NCBI GenBank assembly: GCA_965198065.1
Contig: CBDAON010000004.1
Coordinates: 2,720,001-2,784,000 of the forward strand
Length of the DNA stretch: 64,000 nucleotides
Direction of reading: 5' to 3'
From: Longimicrobiales bacterium
GTDB taxonomy: Bacteria > Gemmatimonadota > Gemmatimonadetes > Longimicrobiales > Gaopeijiaceae
Of this stretch, positions 39,967 to 49,964 are shown in pieces (position 1 is the first letter of the stretch; every line of letters begins with the position of its first letter). The notes under the pieces were generated by a model. That model was given only the letters and a program-made list of their open reading frames with translations, searched no databases and had not been told where the DNA came from. The position numbers and the translations under genes were made by a program.

Positions 39967-42312
39967 ATGTCACGGATGAGCTCGACGGGATCCCTCGGCC
40001 GGGGGCTCATCCTTCTGGCGGCGCTCGCGACGCCCGTCGGGGTCTCGGGCCAGGCCAGTGTGCTGACGGAGGGAGGAGCCGTCGAGATCCTGGGTCCTCC
40101 CCCTCCGTCGCCACCGGAGACCGTCTCCCGCGACGGACAGGGTGGGGCCACTCTCAGGGCCGTCCGGGTCACGGAGCCGGTTCGGCTCGACGGCGTGTTG
40201 GACGAGGCCTTCTACCAGACGCTGCCCCCGGTCTCGGACTTCCTGCAGAGCGGGCCGGGCGAGGGGGATCCTGCGACCGAGCGCACGGAGGTGTGGATCG
40301 TCTTCGACGACGACAACGTTTACGTGTCCGCTCGGAACTGGGACTCCGCTCCGGAGAGCGAGTGGGTCGCGAACGAGATGCGGCGCGACACGAACCAGCT
40401 CCGGCAGAACGACACGTTCGGGGTCATGTTCGACACGTTCTACGACCGCCGAAACGGGGTCATGTTCTACACGAACCCCCTGGGAGCTCTAGCCGAGTTC
40501 GCGATCACGAACGAGGGCAATCCCAACACTGACTGGAATCCGATCTGGGACGTGCGCACGGGGCGCTTCGAGGGCGGTTGGACGGTCGAGATCGCGGTCC
40601 CGTTCAAGTCGCTCCGCTACCGGCCGGGCCGGGAGCAGGTCTGGGGGGTGCAGTTCAGGCGGGCCATTCGGAGGAAGAACGAGTGGACGTACCTGACCTA
40701 CCTTCCCCTTTCCGTGTCCGGAGGTGGGGCGGGGGGAGCCTTCCGGGTCTCGATGGCGGGCACTCTGGTGGGGATCGAGGCTCCGCCCGCCGGCCGCCTC
40801 GTCGAGATCAAGCCGTACGCGATCTCCGGTCTCGAAACGGATCTTGGCGCGGATCCCGTCGTCGAGAACGATCTGAGTGCGGACGCCGGCCTCGACGTGA
40901 AAGTCGGAATCACGGAGAACCTTACGGCCGATCTGACCTTCAACACCGACTTCGCCCAGGTGGAAGTGGACGAGCGACAGGTGAACCTGACGCGGTTCAG
41001 CCTCTCCTTCCCCGAGAAGCGCGAGTTCTTCCTCGAGGGACGGGGGATCTTCAACTTCGCCCCCGGCGTCTCCGGCGGGGGGGGAGGCGGAGGCAGAGGC
41101 GGAGGCGGAGGCCGTGACGGTGGGAACGCGCCGACGCTTTTCTACAGTCGGAGGATCGGCCTCCAGGACGGGCAGCCCATCCCGATCCTCGGCGGCGGGC
41201 GCGTGACCGGGAAGGTAGGCTCGTTCGACGTGGGGGCCCTGAGCATCCAGACCGACGATCACGGACCCGAGATCGAATCCACGAACTTCTCGGTCCTTCG
41301 TCTTCGCCGCGACATTCTCGCGCGAAGCAGCCTTGGGGTCCTTTTCGAGAACCGAAGCCGATCGGCGGTGTCGGACGGGTCCAACCAGGCGTACGGGCTG
41401 GATGCGAGCCTCGCGTTCTTCGACAACGTGAGCATCGTCACGTACTACGCCAGGACCCGGACCGAAGGGCTCGACGGGAACGACGAGAGTTACCGCGGGC
41501 GGTTCTCTTACGGGGGAGACGTTTGGGGTGCCGAGATTGACCACGTCGTGGTCGGTGACGACTTCAATCCCGAGGTCGGCTTCCTGCGCCGCGACGACTT
41601 CCGGGCCACATCGCTCTCGGGACGCTACAGCCCCCGGCCGGCCTCGATCGACTGGATCCGCCAGATCACCTTCCAGGCCAGCCTCGGGTACGTCGAGAGC
41701 GATCGCGCGGGGTTTGTGGAGACGCGCGACCGGAGCGGAACCTTCGACGTGCAGTTCGAGAGTAGCGACAGGTTCTCGGTAAGCGTCACCGAAAACTACG
41801 AGAATCTGATCCGGGACACGCGGATCTCGGGCGCGTCGATTCCGGCAGGCCGTTACTCGTTCACGGACTTCGACGCCGGCTACAGCTTCGGTCTCCAGCG
41901 CCCCTACTCGGGGAGGCTGAGCCTCCAGGCAGGATCCTTCTTCACCGGAGACCGTTTTTCCGTCGGATTTACTCAGGGTCGGGTCGAGGTTCTCCCCCAG
42001 CTCTCGGTCGAGCCGAGCCTCGAGTTCAACTGGATCGACGTGCCCGAAGGCCGCTTCGACCAGCACGTCGCCAGGGCGAGGGCCAGCTACAGCGTGAGCC
42101 CCCGGATGTACGTGAGCGGGCTTGTGCAGTACAGCACCGGAAGCGACAGCTTCAGCACCAACCTGAGGCTTCGGTGGGAGTGGGCCCCCGGGAGCGAGAT
42201 CTTCCTCGTGTACACGGAAGATCGGGACACCGACCCCGTGTTGGGAGACCGGTGGTCCGAGCTCTCGAATCGTGGGCTGGTGATCAAGGTGAATCGGCTG
42301 CTCCGTCTCTGA
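39967..42312 (+). CDS. DUF5916 domain protein
   Basis: Paralogue of 10143-12419 with the same motifs; RBS AAGGAGG before ATG 39967. Confidence 0.88.
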   Translation: MSRMSSTGSLGRGLILLAALATPVGVSGQASVLTEGGAVEILGPPPPSPPETVSRDGQGGATLRAVRVTEPVRLDGVLDEAFYQTLPPVSDFLQSGPGEGDPATERTEVWIVFDDDNVYVSARNWDSAPESEWVANEMRRDTNQLRQNDTFGVMFDTFYDRRNGVMFYTNPLGALAEFAITNEGNPNTDWNPIWDVRTGRFEGGWTVEIAVPFKSLRYRPGREQVWGVQFRRAIRRKNEWTYLTYLPLSVSGGGAGGAFRVSMAGTLVGIEAPPAGRLVEIKPYAISGLETDLGADPVVENDLSADAGLDVKVGITENLTADLTFNTDFAQVEVDERQVNLTRFSLSFPEKREFFLEGRGIFNFAPGVSGGGGGGGRGGGGGRDGGNAPTLFYSRRIGLQDGQPIPILGGGRVTGKVGSFDVGALSIQTDDHGPEIESTNFSVLRLRRDILARSSLGVLFENRSRSAVSDGSNQAYGLDASLAFFDNVSIVTYYARTRTEGLDGNDESYRGRFSYGGDVWGAEIDHVVVGDDFNPEVGFLRRDDFRATSLSGRYSPRPASIDWIRQITFQASLGYVESDRAGFVETRDRSGTFDVQFESSDRFSVSVTENYENLIRDTRISGASIPAGRYSFTDFDAGYSFGLQRPYSGRLSLQAGSFFTGDRFSVGFTQGRVEVLPQLSVEPSLEFNWIDVPEGRFDQHVARARASYSVSPRMYVSGLVQYSTGSDSFSTNLRLRWEWAPGSEIFLVYTEDRDTDPVLGDRWSELSNRGLVIKVNRLLRL

Positions 42313-43178
42313 CGGATGGGGCTTCACGGTGGGGCTTCCGTCGGAGCCTCGGGGGCGAGTCCCGAGTCAACGTTCCACGTGAGCGAACTGTCTTAGGTAA
42401 CAGCTTGGAACGTCCCGTCACTCGCGGACGAAATGGAGTCGACATGGCACCTGGATATCGTGCGCTGAGATCGACGAGCGCCCCTCTGTCCCTTCTTCTG
42501 GTCGGTGCGGCCGGAGCGCTCATGGCGCCTCCAGCGCTCGCCCAGCAGCCGCCGATCACGGAGGCCGGCGGCATCCGCATATTGGGACCGCCGCCTCCCG
42601 TGGCTCCGGCGGTGGAAAGCCGGGACGAAGAGGGCCGGGTCACGATCCGGGCCGTCCGGGTTACCGAAATGAACACCGACGGTATCCTGGACGAGCCCTT
42701 CTATCAGGCGACGGCCTCCGTTTCCGGCTTTGTCCAGAGCGTGCCGATTTCCGGGGCTGAGCCGACCGAGCTGACGGAGGCCTGGATCAGCTTCGACGAC
42801 GATAACGTGTACATCTCGGCGCGAGTCTGGTATTCGGCACCCCGGAGCGAGTGGGTGGCGAACTCGATGCAGCGTGACGCCTCGTCCAACCGGCAGCAGG
42901 ACCAGTTCGGCGTCTTCCTCGACACCTTCTACGACCGGCGGAACTCGATCGGCATCTACCTGAACCCCACGGGCGGGTTCTCGGACCTGCAGGTCACGAA
43001 CGAGGGGAGTCCCAACTTCGACTGGAACCCCGTGACCGAAGTTCGGACCGCTCGATTCGACGGCGGATGGACGCTTGAGATCGCGATTCCCTTCAAGTCC
43101 ATTCGCTACAGGGCCGGCCGGGAGCAGGTCTGGGGAATCCGGTGATGGTATACTTGCGTAACCGGCTCTATGGTATTA

Positions 43179-43367
43179 TCATTGTTCTATGGAACCCGTA
43201 TCGTCTTGTACGATAACGCTTTCTGCCTCGTCTGACTGCTCAGACACCAGCGCGTCCACCTCCTTCATAACGCGCTTCCCGAATATCCGTTCCATCGCTT
43301 CGCGGCCCGGCAACTCGGCCGCGTTCTTAGGCAGCCTTCGCTTCCGCTTCTTCTTCGGCTTGGTCAC
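43179..43367 (-). CDS. Small basic passenger ORF
   Basis: 62 aa; start overlaps the stop of the upstream ORF (GTGA). Confidence 0.45.
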   Translation of the reverse strand: MTKPKKKRKRRLPKNAAELPGREAMERIFGKRVMKEVDALVSEQSDEAESVIVQDDTGSIEQ

Positions 43368-43531
43368 CCTTCGACCTCAACGATGTAGAGAATCTTGTCC
43401 ATGGGGACTGCCGCAACTTTGTGTTTGTCCTTGTAGAACACCGTGGACGAGGTGGTTTCCTTGAAGTCGTCGGCGTCGACGATCAGTTCTTTCTTTTCGC
43501 CATTGGCGAACACGATTCGGTAGGTAGACAT
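43364..43531 (-). CDS. Small passenger ORF (55 aa, MSTYRIVFANGEKKEL...)
   Basis: Protein-like composition; ATG overlaps the transposase ATG. Confidence 0.55.
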   Translation of the reverse strand: MSTYRIVFANGEKKELIVDADDFKETTSSTVFYKDKHKVAAVPMDKILYIVEVEG

Positions 43532-44414
43532 GGCTATGAACCTCGTGAAGTTGATCGACCGTTTCAGCACCGACGAGAAGTGCCGGGAATACTTGGAAGC
43601 CCTACGCTGGCCGGGCGGCGTGGCTTGCCTCCGGTGCGGCGACATGGACGTGACCGACCTCGAGAAGTACAACCGCTGGAAGTGCAAGGGCTGCGAGTAC
43701 CAGTTCACCGTGACAACCGGCACCATCATGCACGATTCCCACCTGCCCCTCCGCAAATGGTTTCTTGCCATCTACCTCATGTGCGAGAGCAAGAAGGGCA
43801 TGAGCGCCCATCAGCTCAAACGCACTCTCGGCGTTGCCTACAAGACCGCGTGGTATCTCTGCCACCGCATCCGCGAGGCGATGGGCAACGATCCGCTCAC
43901 CGGCCCCACCCTGGTCGGGGTCATCGAGGTGGACGAGACGATGGTCGGCGGCAAGCGCACGGGCAAGAACTGGCGCGACAACAAGCACTGGGTGGCTGGT
44001 GCCATCGAGCGCGGCGGCCGTGTGCGCGTCGAGCGCATCCCCGACGTGAGGCGCGACACCCTGCACGGCTTCATCCGACGCACCGTGAAGGATGGGGCAG
44101 AGGCGATCTATACGGACGACCTCAAGTCCTACATCGGGGTCGGGGACGAGGACACGCGCCACGAGACCGTCAACCACTCCGCCGAGGAATGGGTCATCGG
44201 GGACGTGCACACCAACTCGATTGAGGGAGTCTGGAGCCTGTTCAAGCGGTCGATCGTCGGGACGTTCCACAAGATGAGCGCCAAGCACATGGACCGCTAT
44301 CTCGAGGAACTCGAATGGCGCTACAACAACCGCAAGAACCCCCACATCTTCCCGGACACGCTCCGCCGGATCCTCAACACCGACCGCCTCCGGTACCGGG
44401 AGTTGATTGCGTAG
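43530..44414 (+). CDS. IS1595-family DDE transposase
   Basis: Zn ribbon CLRC...CKGC, HTH, EVDET.VGG, IYTD, VNHS, HTNSIEG.W, YL.E..WR.N. Confidence 0.95.
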   Translation: MAMNLVKLIDRFSTDEKCREYLEALRWPGGVACLRCGDMDVTDLEKYNRWKCKGCEYQFTVTTGTIMHDSHLPLRKWFLAIYLMCESKKGMSAHQLKRTLGVAYKTAWYLCHRIREAMGNDPLTGPTLVGVIEVDETMVGGKRTGKNWRDNKHWVAGAIERGGRVRVERIPDVRRDTLHGFIRRTVKDGAEAIYTDDLKSYIGVGDEDTRHETVNHSAEEWVIGDVHTNSIEGVWSLFKRSIVGTFHKMSAKHMDRYLEELEWRYNNRKNPHIFPDTLRRILNTDRLRYRELIA

Positions 44415-44485
44415 GCCCATTTTGCAGAGAAATTATCTACTTGCCGCACGGCCCCAGCACCCTGGTGGCCTGAGCGGCGCGGGCG

Positions 44486-44686
44486 TCAGGCAGGGGTGGA
44501 TTCGTTCTGGCCGTTGATGGCGTCTACCCGCCGCTCCAGGTTGCGAATGCGATAGTCAAGTCCGCGCACCATCCGGATGGTTTCTCTCAGGAGTGCGGCA
44601 CCCTCGAACACTAGATCTTCGAGGTCCGACAGTCGCTCGTCGATCTTGTCCAGCCGGGCAAGGATCCTGATCTCGCCTTCGCTCAT
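44486..44686 (-). CDS. Small coiled-coil passenger protein
   Basis: 66 aa heptad pattern; upstream AAGGGAG. Confidence 0.5.
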   Translation of the reverse strand: MSEGEIRILARLDKIDERLSDLEDLVFEGAALLRETIRMVRGLDYRIRNLERRVDAINGQNESTPA

Positions 44687-44743
44687 CGTTCCGCTCCCTT
44701 TTCCAGCCGCCTGCGGGCTGGAAACCTCATGTGATGTCCTGCC

Positions 44744-45225
44744 TCACAAGAGCACCGAAATCCCCACGACCAGAGAGAAGATGGTTTGAGAGTCGAACAG
44801 CTCGGTTTCCCGCCAAGACGAATACTGTGTCAATAGGCGCAACGCCGAGTGCTCGGTCAGGGGAATCCTCCAGCCCACACCGCCGCCGGCACCGAACTGT
44901 GTGTCCGAGTACTCGACGGCACGGGCATCGACGGCACGTCCCCACCCGTCGTAAGCTAACTCGTAATACTCGCCTCTAACATGACTCATCCCGAAGCTGG
45001 CCAGCAAGAACGGACCTCCTTCGGTTCGATGGTTCTCCCGGAAGAAGACTATCAATCCGGGAGAAAACCCGAAGCTTTTCTGCATATCGCCGACCCTAAA
45101 AAATGTTTCTGCCTGGAGATGCAGCCTGGACGCGGTGCCGATGCCCAGCCTGAGAGTTCCCGCGGGGAAGTTGCAGGAAGCGCGAAAGAAGCCAGGGCCA
45201 AAAGAGCCAGTGAAATCCTTAGCAT
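44744..45225 (-). pseudogene. Outer-membrane beta-barrel-like passenger, frameshifted
   Basis: Signal MLRISLALLALASFALPA in one frame; amphipathic strands ...QFGAGGGVGWRI...SLVVGISVLL in another. Confidence 0.5.
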
Positions 45226-45397
45226 CGGACGATCTTCTATCATGGGATCGATCCTGCTCCTGTTTTGAGGTGATTCGCTTGGGCCCGATGGTGCCGGGCC
45301 ATTGCAAACCGTTCTCACCTTCTTTAGAACAGCAGCCTGTCAAGCGAACCCGATGCGGCGGCACGGCCCCTGCTTCGGCCTCGAACTGCCACGCCGC

Positions 45398-45745
45398 CTA
45401 AAGCTTCATCCGTACATCTTCTAAGAAATGGAACCAGGCCCTCAAGCTTGCATCGTCAGTCGTGCATTTCCCAGGGCTGTAGAATCCTGCTTTTTCTAAC
45501 CGTCCGATTAAGAGATTCGCACGATTTGCAGCCTCTCGCTTCATGAACGCGGGGTTGCCTGGTTTTTCTGGATTCAAGGTGTCTGGCTCACAGACCTTTG
45601 TGATTTTGCGAAACCCCTCTTCCACTGGTTTTCTCAACCGAAAACGATTGATTCTTCCCCTTCCCCATAGAATCAACATACCCACCCCAACCGCAACGGC
45701 ATGAGAGAAAGTCTCGCCAGCCAAGAAGTCTGTAAGCATCTCCAT
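45398..45745 (-). CDS. AT-rich passenger membrane protein, hypothetical
   Basis: 115 aa with one TM segment; GGAGGAGG upstream just inside the right TIR. Confidence 0.55.
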   Translation of the reverse strand: MEMLTDFLAGETFSHAVAVGVGMLILWGRGRINRFRLRKPVEEGFRKITKVCEPDTLNPEKPGNPAFMKREAANRANLLIGRLEKAGFYSPGKCTTDDASLRAWFHFLEDVRMKL

Positions 45746-47578
45746 GCGCGCATTTTAAACGCACCTCCTCCGGTTACGCAAGTATACTATCACCGGGAAT
45801 CCAGATGCGCCGCTCGATCATGGCGCTGAATGAATGGGGACACATTACGCAGCTCCCCCTCTCCGTTGCCGGAAACGGTTCTCAGGGGATCTTCCGGGTG
45901 TCGATGTACGGCACGCTCGTGGGGATCGAGGCGCCGCCTCCCAGCCGGACCGTGGACGTGAAGCCCTACGCGATCACGGGTTCGATCACCGATCGGACCG
46001 TGGACCCCGCGGTCTCGAACGACGGCTACGCCGACGCGGGGCTCGACGTGAAGTACAGCATCACGGAGAACATGGTCGCCGACCTGACGTTCAATACGGA
46101 CTTCGCGCAGGTCGAGGTGGACGAGCAGCAGGTGAACCTGAGCCGGTTCTCGATCGTCTTCCCCGAAAAGCGGGAGTTCTTCCTCGAGAGCCGGGGCACG
46201 TTCGGCTTCGGGCGAGGGGCCAGCGGTGGCGGCGGCGGTGGTGGCGGTCGGGGCGGTGGAGGGGGAAGGGGAGGCGGATCGGCTCCCACGCTCTTCTACA
46301 GCCGCCAGATCGGGCTTGAGGGAGGGGAAGCCATCCCGATCCTCGCGGGGGGTCGCGTGACCGGGAAGGTCGGCTCGTTCGACGTCGGGGTGCTCAGCAT
46401 CCAGACGGACGACGTGCCCAGCGCGGAGGCCGAGTCCACGAACTTTTCTGTGCTTCGGATCCGCCGGGACGTCTTCTCCAGGAGTACCGTCGGCGTCCTC
46501 TTGGAGAACCGGTCGAGATCCGTGGTCGCCGAAGGTTCAAACCAGGCGTACGGAGTGGACGCCTCCTTCGGCTTCCTAGGAAACGCGAGCCTCGTGACCT
46601 GGTACGCGAAGACGGCAACGGAGACGCTCGACGGGAACGACCAGAGCTACCAGGCCAGGCTCCAGTACGGTGGGGACATGTGGGGAGGGTCGATCGGCCA
46701 AATGATGGTCGGGCACGACTTCAACCCCGAGATCGGAAACGCCCGAAGGAAGGACTTCCTAGAGAGTTCCTTCAACGCGCGCTTCAGCCCCCGACCCGGG
46801 TCCGTTTCCTGGATCCGTCAGCTCAGCTTTCAGGGGGACCTTTCGCTGACGGAGAACGAGCGGTCGGGCCTCCTGGAGAGTCGGAGTCGGGGGGCATCTT
46901 TCGGGATCAGTCTCGAGAACGGTGACAACTTCAACCTGAGCTTCACAGACAGCTACGAGTACCTCGCCGACGACGCGAGAATCTCGGGTGCCATCGTTCC
47001 GGTCGGGCAGTACGACTTTCGGGGCGTTCAGGGCGGCTACAGCTTTGGCCCTCAGCGCCGGGTCTCCGCGAGCGTCTCAGCGCGTACGGGAAGCTACTAC
47101 TCCGGCACGCTCACCTCGTTCGGGATCGGTAACGGACGCATTGAGATCCTCCCCGAGCTGACCCTCCAACCCAGCATCGCGTTCAACTGGATCGACTTGC
47201 CCGAGCTTCAGGAGACCGAAGGGGAGTTCAACCAGCACGTGGCCCGGGCAAGGGTAACCTACAGCTTCACGCCCCGGATGTTCACGAGCGCACTCGTCCA
47301 GTACAACTCGGGGAGCGATGCCTTCAGCGTGAACGCGCGCCTGCGCTGGGAATGGGCGCCCGGCAGCGAGCTCTTCATCGTCTATACGGAGGACCGTGAC
47401 ACGGATCCGGTCTTCCTGGACGGGCGGGATCGCTGGTCGGAGCTGTCCAACCGCGCTCTCGTCGTCAAGGTGAACCGTCTGTTCCGACTCTAGCGACCTG
47501 TAACTCCAGCGGGGCGATCTGACGACGACGGCCCGTCGTCATTCGGGTCGTCACGCGGGTCGCCCCCCGACCCGACCC

Positions 47579-49702
47579 TCAGCGCTCGGGAAGGGCGAAC
47601 ACGTAAAGCGCGTTCCCGCTATCCGGGTGCCGGATCTCTGGAGCCACGAGCCGCGGGACGTTCCGTGGGCTCGACCCTCCGAGCGCGGTCGTGACCGCGA
47701 TGTACTGCCTGCCGTCCACGCTGAAGCTGAGCGGGTGGCCCTGGACAGACGTGCCGAGTCGCACCTCCCAGAGGATCTCGCCGGTCCTCGCGTCGTGCGC
47801 CCGGAACCAGCGATCCCGATCCCCTACGAACGCGAGGTCGCCGGCGGTGGACAGGACGCCGGTGTGATACGAGGCGCGCTGCTCGTAGCTCCAGACCTCC
47901 TCCAGCGTCGTAACGTCGTAGGCGCCGAGCTTTCCGTTGTTTCCGTCGGAGCCGGGCATCTCGAAGAACAGCCGGGCCGAGGCCCCCCCCCCGGTCCCTT
48001 CGACCAGCTCGACCTCCCGAGCCTGGTTCTCTAGGCAGGTCTGGCTCAAGGGCGCGATCATCAACCCCGACGGTGGGTGGTAGCTCATCGAGTGCCAGTC
48101 CTTCCCGCCCGCGCTGCTCGGGCAGGCGGGGATCCACTCCCCGACCTGCGCGTTGATGACGTCGTCCCGGTACATGATCGCTCCGGTCTCCGGATCGATC
48201 GAGCTGAAGGCGTTCTGAAAGACCGTCTCCGTGTATCCGAGGAACTCGCCCGTGACGCGGTCGTTCTTCCACAGAATCCCGTGCTTTCCAATCGAGAAGA
48301 CGAGCCTTTGCCCGTCTCGGTCCACGAGGACCCGCTCGAAGACCTCGTCCAGGTCCAGCGCCTCACCGGGCACGTGCTGGTAGTGCCACCGGAGCTCGCC
48401 CGTATCCACGTCCAGCGCGATCGTGGAGCTGGTGTAGAGGGCGGCGTCGAAGATCGACATCTGCCGGCTCGCGGGCGACCATGGCTTGGCCTGCGCCGTG
48501 CCCCAGTAGGTGAGGCCCAGCTCGGGGTCGTAGCTTCCCGCGATCCAGGTCTCGCCCCCGGCCCGGAACAGGTTGTCCTGATCTCCCCATGTTTCCCCGC
48601 CGGGCTCCCCTGCGTGCGCGATCGTGTTGAAGCGCCAGAGGAGCTGGCCCGTGTTCGCGTCGTGGGCACTCACGAAGCAGCGCTCCTCTCTGTACCGGCC
48701 GCAGCCGCCCAGTCCCTGGATCACCTTGCCATCGGCAATGATCGGGCCGCTCGAGTTCGAGAACCCGTCCGCGATCTGCGTCTCCCAGACCAGCTCGCCC
48801 GTGCGAGCGTCCAGGGCGACGAGCCGGGCGTCCGTTGTGGCCTGGATGATCTTGTCGTCGTAGATGGCAATGTTGCGCATGTCCGACGTGGACTCGGGCC
48901 CCGAGGCGTGCTCCCAGAGAAAGTCACCGGTAGCCGCGTCCAGCGCCTGAATCCGGTTCCCGGTATTGATCAGGTAGATCACCCCGCGGTACGCGATGGG
49001 AGCGGGCTCGGAGCCGCCTTCGTACATGTTCCAGATCCACGCGAGCCGCAGGTCGGCCACGTTCTCGCGGTCGACTTGGTCGAGCGGGCTGTAGCTCGTC
49101 CCATAGGGGTCGCGCCGCATCATCGGCCAGTCCGCCGGATCCGGGTTCGCCAGCACCTGGTCGGTCGCCGGCACGAAGTTGTCGAAGGCGCTCGAGACGG
49201 CGGTCCCGGCCGGAACGGCGGGTGCCGGGCCGGCCTCGGCGATCGGGAAGATCCACCCTCGGATCTCTCCGCCGGGGTTCGCCTGGCTGTGCACCTGTAT
49301 GTAGAGGCCGGCGTCGCGGAGCGCGGCCACCTGCTCGCCCGTGAGATCGACCGCACCGCTGACGGAACCTTCCGTGGCCGGGGTCACCTGGAGCGGCTGC
49401 GCGACGGGCCCGTTCAAGCCCGGCGCGGCGAGGTGAAGGTGGGCGTTCGTGGCGGCAGCGCTGAGCCCGGCGTACGTGCCGGACACCGATAGGCGACTTC
49501 CCTGAAGCGTTGCCGTGAACTGGCCGATGCCTGTGATCGACTCCACCGTGCTGCCCGTCACCGGAAGAGGGGAAAGGCGCCCACGGTACTGCTCGGGCTG
49601 CTGCGCCGCTCGTCCCTCCGCCGGGGTGGCCGCGAGGGCCATCGCACCGGAGGCGATCAGGAGCGCCGCAAGCGTGATCCTTGGAAGCAGGTAGTTTCGC
49701 AT
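47579..49702 (-). CDS. CHRD domain plus PQQ-dependent (alcohol dehydrogenase-like) beta-propeller
   Basis: CHRD: AHLH...[15 protein letters not shown]; then YSPLDQV, GG.TW..GSYDP, CPS..GGKDW, GRQYIAV. Confidence 0.85.
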   Translation of the reverse strand: MRNYLLPRITLAALLIASGAMALAATPAEGRAAQQPEQYRGRLSPLPVTGSTVESITGIGQFTATLQGSRLSVSGTYAGLSAAATNAHLHLAAPGLNGPVAQPLQVTPATEGSVSGAVDLTGEQVAALRDAGLYIQVHSQANPGGEIRGWIFPIAEAGPAPAVPAGTAVSSAFDNFVPATDQVLANPDPADWPMMRRDPYGTSYSPLDQVDRENVADLRLAWIWNMYEGGSEPAPIAYRGVIYLINTGNRIQALDAATGDFLWEHASGPESTSDMRNIAIYDDKIIQATTDARLVALDARTGELVWETQIADGFSNSSGPIIADGKVIQGLGGCGRYREERCFVSAHDANTGQLLWRFNTIAHAGEPGGETWGDQDNLFRAGGETWIAGSYDPELGLTYWGTAQAKPWSPASRQMSIFDAALYTSSTIALDVDTGELRWHYQHVPGEALDLDEVFERVLVDRDGQRLVFSIGKHGILWKNDRVTGEFLGYTETVFQNAFSSIDPETGAIMYRDDVINAQVGEWIPACPSSAGGKDWHSMSYHPPSGLMIAPLSQTCLENQAREVELVEGTGGGASARLFFEMPGSDGNNGKLGAYDVTTLEEVWSYEQRASYHTGVLSTAGDLAFVGDRDRWFRAHDARTGEILWEVRLGTSVQGHPLSFSVDGRQYIAVTTALGGSSPRNVPRLVAPEIRHPDSGNALYVFALPER

Positions 49703-49964
49703 GACTGACCTCTCGCTCGAACGGAGCCGGGGCTCCCTGAAGGGGACTCTCGCCAGGAACTGCCTCTACCTCTCCAACCGCCCCGCCGCCGCTCGAGCGT
49801 CGGGAGCGACTCCACAGTACCGTCGGCGCGGGCGCCGGGGCAAGCGAGGGTTCCGCTCGTGAACGGGCTCGCCGGCGCGGCTGCCGCAGATCTGGTGCGA
49901 GTACTTTTCGCCGGGCTCGCCCCCGCCCATGTATGCCGCGCATGTAGCGTCGCGGCTTCTCCTA

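Larger units (their letters stand above)
43141..45794 (+). mobile_element. IS1595-family element with passenger genes (2654 bp)
   Basis: 25-bp TIRs GGTGATGGTATACTTGCGTAACCGG / CCGGTTACGCAAGTATACTATCACC (1 mismatch); 8-bp TSD GGGAATCC at 43133-43140 and 45795-45802. Confidence 0.95.
42444..47493 (+). pseudogene. DUF5916 domain protein interrupted by an IS1595-family element
   Basis: Removing 43141-45802 rejoins ...QVWGI|QMRRSI... in frame. Confidence 0.88.
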
